DNA of 64,000 nucleotides. Origin: an uncultured virus (IMG/VR IMGVR_UViG_3300025389_000012) (lineage: Duplodnaviria; Heunggongvirae; Uroviricota; Caudoviricetes). A program made the translations under genes and the position numbers. Positions within the stretch are counted from its first letter, which is position 1, and every line of letters begins with the position of its first letter. Where the stretch lies: the IMG/VR virus record IMGVR_UViG_3300025389_000012; one strand, written 5' to 3'. The notes beneath the pieces are model-generated. The model made no database searches, was not told the origin of the DNA, and was given only the letters and a program-made list of their open reading frames with translations. Below, one piece after another: positions 9,482 to 17,249 of the stretch.

Positions 9482-11359
9482 TTAGAACTTCCCATTGGGG
9501 TTGGCCGTGGGAGGGATCCCTGCACGACTGATTTTCCAGCCGAATTTTTTAGCACCTTTTTTCATTGTGTCAGGATGTACGTCTACTGTCAATGCTTTCT
9601 CAAACCTTGGGTCATTTTTTTGTTTTACACTAGGAATATATCCTGAGCATTCTAACATTGTATGTATTACTTTAATTCTGCTTGGTTCTATAGGAACAGT
9701 GCTTATTTTTTCGTATTCTGCACCGGCTTGAATACTATCCTCTAAACCCGATACATTAACTGCTAGCATTGCTAGGTCTTCATCTTCGTCAAACTGGTCA
9801 CCTAACCAATTCATCACTGCATCTTCTGCACTTATTTTATCGGGAAATAAAAATACACCATGGACTTCGTGTTCTATTTGACTCGATCTACTACCCATAG
9901 TTGGAATCAACCCTCTACGCTTTATAAAAGGTAAATTACGAGTTGGAGTAACATGATACATTATCAATGGTTCTTTTTCTTCTGCTACATCAACTGTTAG
10001 GGCAGTTTTGAATCGTGGATCGTTCTTTTGCTTGGCACTGGGAATATACCCTGAGGCTTCTTTTACATTTTGTTTTAATTGAGTTAGTTCATATGTAACT
10101 TGATCACCGTGATCTTCGTGGTACATATCATATCCCCAAGCATTAGCATATCGTTGTACTAATCTATCATACAATTTGGCTCTACTCTCACTATTTTTCT
10201 GTTGTTTTGCCCAGTTATCTTTACTTGCTGAAAACATCAAACGCCAAGGATGTTCTTTTTTAATAAACTCTTGTATAGCATTTAACACAGTAGAAAATAC
10301 TCTTTGTGCATCACCTTCGCCAGTAACTTCTTGACTGTTGTTTCTATAGAACTCAATAAAGAACTCACCATCACCTTCGTTGTTGAACATGATGTGCAAA
10401 GGTTTACCATCTGGTAATGTAGCCAATGCATCATAATCAGCGAATTCGCCTTTTTCCCATTTAATAGGATAAGGTTGATCAAATGCTTCCCAAATATTTT
10501 GATTAGGACGATGTTTATCCCAGAAGCCAGCACCAGCATCAGTTTGTTGATCAGCAGGGTGTATCTTTTTAACATAGTTCCAAACTTGACTAGCCTTAAA
10601 TGTTTTTTCTTGTTCTTCTTTTTGTATAGTAACAGGATCACGATACATTTCATCAATGCTTAATAATTCACTATGCAGTTTATCACGCAACTTGTATAGT
10701 TTTTCTATCAAGCCTTGACTGCGCAATGCTTTGTATGCTAGGTTCTCTGGGCTGAATTCACCGCCCTTGTCTAACCCTGCTTGACGATAACGCTTGATGT
10801 TTTTAATAACTTTGGTAAGTTTCTTTAAATCTTTGGTCTTTAATGCTAGACTTACCATCTCTAATAGTTTGTCAAACTTAGCACGTGTAGCGTTTTGATC
10901 TAGGTTGGCTCTGCGTTTAGTTGGGCGTTTTATCCAGCGATCATTTAAAATGCTGTACTCACCCAAACTAACTACAGGTTCATTGCTATCCTGAATGTAT
11001 AATTCTACTGGAACACCCCTGATTGTGATATCATGGCTATCATTGTATAGTGTTTTCTTTGCATGGAATAATTCTTTGTATACATCATTGTCAAGTAGTT
11101 TGCTCATATCTACTAAGATATGCAAATCTAAATCACTATGCGGAGTATATGAATATGCGGCGTTACTTCCCGAAATTGTAATGTCATCTACCGCTGGAGT
11201 GTGGATACCTAACTCAGTCATAAAGTCTTTAGCAATGACCAATAACTGTTTTCTAACCTGAGGGTCCAAATGTTCACCGATCCATAATTTAGGATTTAAT
11301 CGGTCGTGAAATTTAACTGCGTCAGAAAGTTTAAATGAGTGAAGTTCTTTAATATCCAT
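9482..11359 (-). CDS. multidomain protein: Pol-beta-type nucleotidyltransferase + unknown domain + ADP-ribosyltransferase/Tpt1-like domain
   Basis: GSNAAYSYTPHSDLDL (GS...DxD) and VELYIQD; C-terminal MYHVT...IKRRGLIP...GVFL...IEPSRI; duplicated 25-aa motif. Confidence 0.7.
   Translation of the reverse strand: MDIKELHSFKLSDAVKFHDRLNPKLWIGEHLDPQVRKQLLVIAKDFMTELGIHTPAVDDITISGSNAAYSYTPHSDLDLHILVDMSKLLDNDVYKELFHAKKTLYNDSHDITIRGVPVELYIQDSNEPVVSLGEYSILNDRWIKRPTKRRANLDQNATRAKFDKLLEMVSLALKTKDLKKLTKVIKNIKRYRQAGLDKGGEFSPENLAYKALRSQGLIEKLYKLRDKLHSELLSIDEMYRDPVTIQKEEQEKTFKASQVWNYVKKIHPADQQTDAGAGFWDKHRPNQNIWEAFDQPYPIKWEKGEFADYDALATLPDGKPLHIMFNNEGDGEFFIEFYRNNSQEVTGEGDAQRVFSTVLNAIQEFIKKEHPWRLMFSASKDNWAKQQKNSESRAKLYDRLVQRYANAWGYDMYHEDHGDQVTYELTQLKQNVKEASGYIPSAKQKNDPRFKTALTVDVAEEKEPLIMYHVTPTRNLPFIKRRGLIPTMGSRSSQIEHEVHGVFLFPDKISAEDAVMNWLGDQFDEDEDLAMLAVNVSGLEDSIQAGAEYEKISTVPIEPSRIKVIHTMLECSGYIPSVKQKNDPRFEKALTVDVHPDTMKKGAKKFGWKISRAGIPPTANPNGKF
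9578..10060 (-). repeat. two diverged 75-nt (25-aa) direct repeats flanking the ART-like domain
   Basis: EASGYIPSAKQKNDPRFKTALTVDV (9986-10060) vs ECSGYIPSVKQKNDPRFEKALTVDV (9578-9652). Confidence 0.9.
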
Positions 11360-11399
11360 ACTGTATTTATGTGAGATTAAAGAACGATCACTCTTTCAA

Positions 11400-11822
11400 T
11401 TAACGTTGTGCGATATCCCATGGATCTTGGAATTGCTCAACTTCTGCTGATTTAACTCTAGTGTCTCTTGGCAAATAAGCAGAATTGATGTTTTCGGGAG
11501 CAAAATACTCACGAACTGTATCAATTACAACTTGATTGCTAAATGGTTTGCAAGAAAAAACGTCAAAGTATGCATCGCCATTAGAATCAATAAAGTGACC
11601 AGAAAGATGTGATGTTTCAATCCATTGAAGCATACTATATCCTGCTTTAGTGTCATCATGCAATGCAAAACGCTTTACTAGAGGTTCCCCAACTGGAACC
11701 ATATCAATACGCTTGATCAATTCTTTAGTGAAAGCAATGATGTTATCGCCATCCATAATCTTTTCTTTATTACACGCTGTGCAATCTAAAAGCAAATGGT
11801 ATCCCCAATATTTTGTAGTCAT
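11400..11822 (-). CDS. speD: S-adenosylmethionine decarboxylase-family proenzyme (pyruvoyl-dependent)
   Basis: GYHLLLD, GYSMLQWIETSHLSGH self-cleavage region, DVFSCK. Confidence 0.85.
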   Translation of the reverse strand: MTTKYWGYHLLLDCTACNKEKIMDGDNIIAFTKELIKRIDMVPVGEPLVKRFALHDDTKAGYSMLQWIETSHLSGHFIDSNGDAYFDVFSCKPFSNQVVIDTVREYFAPENINSAYLPRDTRVKSAEVEQFQDPWDIAQR

Positions 11823-11870
11823 CGAAATTCTCCTTGGTTAAAGAAGTGTATTTATTGACAAATTTTGATG

Positions 11871-12350
11871 CTAGAGATTTTCAAAAGTTATATGCACTCT
11901 AGGTTCGATACCTGCATTAGCAAATGTGTGTGATATTCCATTATGAACTACATACAATGATCCATCTGCTGGCATATAAAATGACCTGTTTTCGTATACA
12001 AATCGTGCGCCAGTACTGGTTATCAATGGGATATGCACACAATATTTTCCTGGATCTGTGTGCCAGTTATAACAAGTATTGGGCAACACACTTCTATAAG
12101 TTACTGAGTTAAATTTTTGTAATTTAAAAACTTCTTCTATAATACTATTGGTATAAGGTAACAAACTTAATTCATCAGAACTTATATCATTTTTAATTAA
12201 ATGAAATTTTCGCTGTACTAACGTAGAATTATTGTGCGTAGTAACGTCTTCTAGTTTATCCTGAACTGTTTGATACTCGGAAATTAGTTTGCTCAATTCA
12301 ACTTTTAAATTGGGTAAGCGTTCAATATGTGTTACGATTGGAAGTGCCAT
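11871..12350 (-). CDS. 2OG-Fe(II) oxygenase (Asp/Asn beta-hydroxylase-like)
   Basis: WHTD (HxD), HIPL, HTFAN distal His, RVH. Confidence 0.75.
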   Translation of the reverse strand: MALPIVTHIERLPNLKVELSKLISEYQTVQDKLEDVTTHNNSTLVQRKFHLIKNDISSDELSLLPYTNSIIEEVFKLQKFNSVTYRSVLPNTCYNWHTDPGKYCVHIPLITSTGARFVYENRSFYMPADGSLYVVHNGISHTFANAGIEPRVHITFENL

Positions 12351-12377
12351 GATAATATTTAGTTACGTTAAAGCATC

Positions 12378-12407
12378 CAAAAGAAAAGGCTCTTGCGAGC
12401 CTTTTCT
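12378..12407 (-). terminator. rho-independent terminator closing the tmRNA gene
   Basis: AGAAAAGGCTC-GCAA-GAGCCTTTTCT then TTT; symmetric, so possibly bidirectional. Confidence 0.85.
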
Positions 12408-12693
12408 GGTTTGTTGGGTTAGAAGGCCTTTCCTGCCCCCACGGGTTACGCGGCTAAGCGTAGATCCTCGTAATAATAATTGTCGTTTGCAATTATAGTT
12501 TTTGCTTCTACGGTCGAGTTCCCCCAACCCTACGGGTTCTGCTTTCCCGTGCTGTCCACTCGTCTACTTGTCCGTCAATCGATCCTGGTCGCCCCCATCA
12601 TATAGGCACTAATCAATAATGCGTATATGGTGGAGGCGGGGGGAATCGCACCCCCGTCTTGTCCGTCTTTGGATTCGCTTCGTACAGCAATAT
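12408..12693 (-). ncRNA. ssrA: tmRNA, circularly permuted (two-piece) form
   Basis: Acceptor piece ends GACGGGGG-TGCGATT-CCCCC-CGCCTCC-A-CCA (CCA end at 12628); 31-nt intervening sequence 12597-12627; coding piece starts GGGGGCGA at 12596 (7-bp acceptor stem, G3-U70); tag frame 12490-12446 = ANDNYYYEDLRLAA*. Outer boundaries approximate. Confidence 0.93.
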
Positions 12694-12700
12694 CTCTTAT

Positions 12701-12856
12701 TTATTGCATTACAGTCCACTTGGCATCAAACTTTTTGCCTTTTGCCTTGCGTTTTAAAATCTTAATAAATTCTAACTTACGTAGTTCTTGCTGTTTCTCA
12801 TCATCATGTGTGAAACATGCCTTGTACATCTTGGATACTAATTTACTCTGTTTCAT
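12701..12856 (-). CDS. small basic protein (51 aa), absent from ORF track
   Basis: MKQSKLVSKMYKACFTHDDEKQQELRKLEFIKILKRKAKGKKFDAKWTVMQ*, AAGGA SD, TAAATA at 12887-12892. Confidence 0.65.
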   Translation of the reverse strand: MKQSKLVSKMYKACFTHDDEKQQELRKLEFIKILKRKAKGKKFDAKWTVMQ

Positions 12857-12892
12857 AATGTACTTCCTTTCATAAAACCGTAATATTATTTA

Positions 12893-13990
12893 TTATAAAA
12901 GAGTATTATCTTTATGACAATCCTTCAATAACCAAAACACGTGCCATATCCATCCACATGCTGTTGCACACTCAATGTCATCTAACTTTAGCACTTCTTC
13001 AATAATATTGCAATACGAATTGGGTGACAATGCAATATCTTTTACCCTTTGTTTGTTTCTGATAAGTTTAGGTCTAATTTGTTTTTTAAGGTTAGTTAAT
13101 TCAGAGATAGGTAGTTTGCATAGCCTATCTATATTTTGTACTACCAACTCGGTTCGTTTGTTATTGTTTGTTTCACTATCAAATGAATAGTCAAACAGTT
13201 CATCATATAACTCAAACCCCATACTTTCTAAAAATTTATGATGTCCTGGACCTGATACACAAATAAATGGTTGACCACACACCAATGCAAAAACAGTTTT
13301 TTCACTAAAGATTACAGAATTGATTGTAGATTCATTTATAAGTGAAACAAATGATTCATAGTACTCAGTTGGTATGTTACCCCAAGCCTTGTTATTGGCC
13401 TCATAAGTTCCTAATTGTAATATTTGTGGAGTCCAATATTGCCAAGGATAGTCGTATCCATTGCTATTGTGTACGTTTGCCCATGATATTGCACCTTTAT
13501 CAATTAAATTATATTTTGCTAATATGTCCATCATGTGGCAACGATGTTTGTGCGCACGATTGTTTAATGTAATGTAATGATATTCGTAATCATCAACATA
13601 AACATTTTTGTTATAGTCTACAACATTTTTAGTATAGTCCAATACTTCTTCAATGTTTTCATCATTGTTTACGGCATAAGAACACATCTGCACATAAGTT
13701 TTAATAAAGTACCATTCACTCCATTTAATTAATTTTACTAATGGATGAAGTGTTGGTTCATCAATTTCATTAATGATACTTGCGCCGGTAAATATATAAA
13801 GGTTTTGATTACGTTTAACGCAAACTTCTTCGATTGCTCTATCTAATACAGTCGAGTATGCTATATAGTATTGCCATTCGTTTTGTCCAAACAATACAAT
13901 ATAATCAAATGTTTCTTTTTCTAATCTATCAAAAAAAGTGGAGACATTCCCTTCGGACTGTCCCCACACTTCCAAACCTAAAATTTTCAT
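12893..13990 (-). CDS. putative glycosyltransferase-like protein (T/S-EK-T family, paralog 1)
   Basis: LNNRAHKHR, FSEKT..ALVCGQPFI, GFELYDELFDYSFD; shared with three other ORFs in the window. Confidence 0.55.
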   Translation of the reverse strand: MKILGLEVWGQSEGNVSTFFDRLEKETFDYIVLFGQNEWQYYIAYSTVLDRAIEEVCVKRNQNLYIFTGASIINEIDEPTLHPLVKLIKWSEWYFIKTYVQMCSYAVNNDENIEEVLDYTKNVVDYNKNVYVDDYEYHYITLNNRAHKHRCHMMDILAKYNLIDKGAISWANVHNSNGYDYPWQYWTPQILQLGTYEANNKAWGNIPTEYYESFVSLINESTINSVIFSEKTVFALVCGQPFICVSGPGHHKFLESMGFELYDELFDYSFDSETNNNKRTELVVQNIDRLCKLPISELTNLKKQIRPKLIRNKQRVKDIALSPNSYCNIIEEVLKLDDIECATACGWIWHVFWLLKDCHKDNTLL

Positions 13991-14343
13991 TGTTTTACGA
14001 CTAGAACTTCCTGTGTGATTCCATTGATAACAACAAGTTGCTTAGTATAAACAACACCATTGATTACTACATCATTAGGACCTAAAATGATTCGTTGTGG
14101 TTGATATGGAGTAACTGTAACTGGTGCAGGTACTTGCTCAACAACTACTGGAGGATAGTAATATGGACGAGCCAACTCTGCTCCAATTACTCCACCAATC
14201 AATGCTGGTGCTACCCAACCACAGCATCCACCGCGATAATGTTCACGTTGAGGATATCCTCGTCCCCAACCATGTTCCTCATGAGCCTGTGCTGTTGATA
14301 CACTTGCTAATACGATTAAACTTGCTAATAGAAACTTATTCAT
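13987..14343 (-). CDS. secreted/membrane Pro-rich protein with glycine-zipper-like segment
   Basis: Start at 14343 (MNKFLLAS) after AAGGAG SD; signal peptide ending AQA; LIGGVIGA. Confidence 0.7.
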   Translation of the reverse strand: MNKFLLASLIVLASVSTAQAHEEHGWGRGYPQREHYRGGCCGWVAPALIGGVIGAELARPYYYPPVVVEQVPAPVTVTPYQPQRIILGPNDVVINGVVYTKQLVVINGITQEVLVVKQ

Positions 14344-14353
14344 AATAATCTCC

Positions 14354-14764
14354 TTACTGTGGAAAATCTTGCGTGAAAAACTTACCATGATATTCAAATG
14401 TCACTACTGTGCCTTGTTGCATTTGAACCGGTACTAAACGACATACTTCACGTACTTCTGGCTTAGCACCTTCTTTACCAACTTCATTGCCTACAGCACC
14501 ACCGACCAATGCACCAACAACTCCACCAACTAGTCGGTCTTTGCTGTTGCCACCAATTGTGCTACCAATTGCGCCACCGGCTAGTGCTCCGATTGTAGTG
14601 TCACCACGACTGTTATCACGTACAACTTCACGCAATTCACATTGCTTTTGTTGCCCAACTACCCATCGAGGTCTAACACCGATAACTGTTGCTACATCTG
14701 CTGTTTGAGCAAATGCAGGAACTGCTAATAATGCTAATAATGAACCTAAAATAAACTTATTCAT
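14354..14764 (-). CDS. glycine-zipper 2TM domain protein (YcfJ-like)
   Basis: Signal peptide (AFA), GALAGGAIGSTIGG...GGVVGALVGGAVG between two Cys, VTFEYHG. Confidence 0.8.
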   Translation of the reverse strand: MNKFILGSLLALLAVPAFAQTADVATVIGVRPRWVVGQQKQCELREVVRDNSRGDTTIGALAGGAIGSTIGGNSKDRLVGGVVGALVGGAVGNEVGKEGAKPEVREVCRLVPVQMQQGTVVTFEYHGKFFTQDFPQ

Positions 14765-14779
14765 AATCATCTCCCTTAC

Positions 14780-16048
14780 TTATTTAACATCAAACAATTC
14801 GTCAAATGTGCTTGCTTTTGGATAATCAACTGAACCTTTACGAAACACCCATATGGGTTCAACAAAAATGCTGTTTTTATCAGCGTTAACAATCGCATGT
14901 GGCCTTGCTTGCATACGCATACCAATCTTACCAAGATAGTTACTGTTTGGATAAGTCAATATGTCATCAACCATATCGTCACATAGGTTTAAACGCTTGC
15001 CATTATTTATACGTGGTTCGATAATGTTTAGCATCATATAACCCTCTGGCTTAATTGTGTCCCAGACCATACGATTGACTTTGAAAAAGAAATTGTTTTT
15101 CCAACTCTCAAAGTCAGGGTATCTAGACCAAGACTGCTCATTAGATTTGACAGTTGACACACCATATCGTTCAGTCTCATAATATGGGGGACTGGTAAAA
15201 TAGAAGTCAAAAGTATTAACATACTGTGTCCAATCTACGTCTTCGCTAGGCAAATTATAAATCTCTACTACTTTAACGCCCTGACACTTAAAATAGTTGA
15301 CAGACTCCGTTAAAATGGGCACATTTCCTAACAATCGTTCGTACTCTAGGCACTGTTGTTTATATGTCTCAAACACTTCAGGATTTGGGTCACAACCAAC
15401 ATAACGTTCTGTAGATTTTGTCGCATAGAACCCTGCTAGTCTATCGCCCCAACCACAACTTGTATCTAATACATTTACAGCATTGTGCTTTTCATAAAGG
15501 GCTTTTGCAACACTGGGTCTAAACTGTGTTGCTGTATATGTGCCAATGCGAAATGCACTACGGAATGTTGCATCACACACATCATCTTTGCCTAATGCAC
15601 CTTTACGCCAAAAGTGCCAGTTCATTTTTTCTAGTTTAGTCTTGTCGTGCCAAATATCCCATGGACTGTCAACAAGATTGCTACCACAACGCATACGATT
15701 TTCTTGCTGAAAGTAATTGCTTACAGTATTATATGCGTGCGATTTATCGATAACTCCCAATGGGTTATCTGAATACTTGTACTTGTAATCTACTTTTTCT
15801 AGTACAGTATTAAAATCTTTGTATTCACCCATCATTGATGTATTACAAAAACGTGTGAACAAGTTTTCAAATTCAGTCTTTGTAAATTGCTTACTGGGGA
15901 ATGGAATGTTATTGCTTGTAATGTAATCAGCCAATGCTACTCTTACATCATCTTTGTTGTTTTGTGCTATAAACAACAACCACTGGTCATTGGGGATATA
16001 TGGGATACCCCTAGCATCAGAATTATTTTTAAAATATTGATTTAGCAT
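14780..16048 (-). CDS. DNA amino-methyltransferase (N4-C/N6-A type)
   Basis: SAM-binding LDTSCGWGDR followed by catalytic TSPPY; start moved to ATG 16048, downstream of a promoter. Confidence 0.8.
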   Translation of the reverse strand: MLNQYFKNNSDARGIPYIPNDQWLLFIAQNNKDDVRVALADYITSNNIPFPSKQFTKTEFENLFTRFCNTSMMGEYKDFNTVLEKVDYKYKYSDNPLGVIDKSHAYNTVSNYFQQENRMRCGSNLVDSPWDIWHDKTKLEKMNWHFWRKGALGKDDVCDATFRSAFRIGTYTATQFRPSVAKALYEKHNAVNVLDTSCGWGDRLAGFYATKSTERYVGCDPNPEVFETYKQQCLEYERLLGNVPILTESVNYFKCQGVKVVEIYNLPSEDVDWTQYVNTFDFYFTSPPYYETERYGVSTVKSNEQSWSRYPDFESWKNNFFFKVNRMVWDTIKPEGYMMLNIIEPRINNGKRLNLCDDMVDDILTYPNSNYLGKIGMRMQARPHAIVNADKNSIFVEPIWVFRKGSVDYPKASTFDELFDVK

Positions 16049-16057
16049 TAGAGATTG

Positions 16058-16086
16058 AGTATACATCAACCTTGACCAAATTGCAA
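16058..16086 (-). promoter_or_regulatory. sigma70-type promoter for the methyltransferase
   Basis: TTGCAA-17 nt-TATACT. Confidence 0.55.
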
Positions 16087-16097
16087 GAGAAAAGGAT

Positions 16098-17249
16098 TTA
16101 ATATTTTTCCAAAATCTCGTAGACTTCGGGCCATTCTTTAGCAAAAGTAATTGGGTTAATTTCATTATCAGTTTTCTTTATATATTCTTTAAATATATCC
16201 AAATGTTGTAAATCCATTTCATCCATTGTGTCTACCAATGACTGTCGTGTGTTGATTACAAAGTCTTTGGTTCGCTGATTAATGTAGTCACCGTGCTTTT
16301 CCATCAATAAATCAAACTCTTGTATTGCTAACTCTTTGATTTCTTTTGGAAAAGTGTATATAGAAAACTGTTTTGGTCCCAACAGTAAAGACGGGAAACT
16401 AAAATTATTAACTGGGTTGGGATCGACACTAAACAACCAATCAAATGTTTCTACTAATGAGAACGCACTTTGGATACAATATGTCATGTGTATCCCCAAG
16501 TTACTTTCAGGATTTAAGTTCTTATGTAAATTTTTATAATTTTCGCTAGTAAGTTCCCATTTGGCATTGCGTCTGATGTATTCAAATTTATTGCCTGTTG
16601 CCTCTAAACTAACTAGCCAAGAGGTTCTACGGTTAAGTAATTTTTGATATACAGGAAGTGTTTCAATGTTTTCAATTGAAAGATTAGTAACTACACCTCC
16701 GTGTATTCTTCTTGGCATCAAATCAATCAAGTCAACGTTTTCTTTTAATAACAGTGGCTCACCACCTAAAAAGTTAACAACTTGCATATCACTATTCTCA
16801 CGCAAGAATTCTAATACATCTTCTTGCCAAGATGTTTCAGATACTTTATAGTTCTTACCTTCCCATTGTGCGAATGCACTACTCCATTCGCTGTTACAAT
16901 ATCCACAACGTAAATGACAAGTGTTTCTCCAACGAACATCTAACTGTCTTGCTACAAATTTTGTTGTATCAAATTTGGTAAAGTCTTGTGTAAAACTTTC
17001 ACGCAAACTTCTACCAGACTTTTGTTCAGACTCCATACAGTTGGTACAATAATCACTGTGACCTTTTGTAAGTATGTCATCTTGCACACGCTTAACAGGA
17101 CCGTCAATAAGTTCCTGTAGTGTGTTTTTATTTAAATTACCAATTGAGCCTTTTTGTCCTGCACAACAAAATCTAAAGTCTCCGTCAGGATTAATAAACA
17201 CACCTTCCCATGGCGCGCTACATTTAAAGTCTGGAATGATTTCAATCAT
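16098..17249 (-). CDS. radical SAM enzyme with N-terminal SPASM/twitch-like cluster
   Basis: CSAPW...FCC...CTNC, then CHLRCGYC and GGEP. Confidence 0.9.
   Translation of the reverse strand: MIEIIPDFKCSAPWEGVFINPDGDFRFCCAGQKGSIGNLNKNTLQELIDGPVKRVQDDILTKGHSDYCTNCMESEQKSGRSLRESFTQDFTKFDTTKFVARQLDVRWRNTCHLRCGYCNSEWSSAFAQWEGKNYKVSETSWQEDVLEFLRENSDMQVVNFLGGEPLLLKENVDLIDLMPRRIHGGVVTNLSIENIETLPVYQKLLNRRTSWLVSLEATGNKFEYIRRNAKWELTSENYKNLHKNLNPESNLGIHMTYCIQSAFSLVETFDWLFSVDPNPVNNFSFPSLLLGPKQFSIYTFPKEIKELAIQEFDLLMEKHGDYINQRTKDFVINTRQSLVDTMDEMDLQHLDIFKEYIKKTDNEINPITFAKEWPEVYEILEKY

Noticed and set aside
12580..12660. Possible tRNA-Ala gene
   Set aside because: No anticodon arm; the 3' half precedes the 5' half and a tag reading frame follows, so it is a permuted tmRNA
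12627..12875. Plus-strand ORF MVEAGGIAPPSC...
   Set aside because: Antisense shadow of the tmRNA T-arm/acceptor end, a typical spurious ORF
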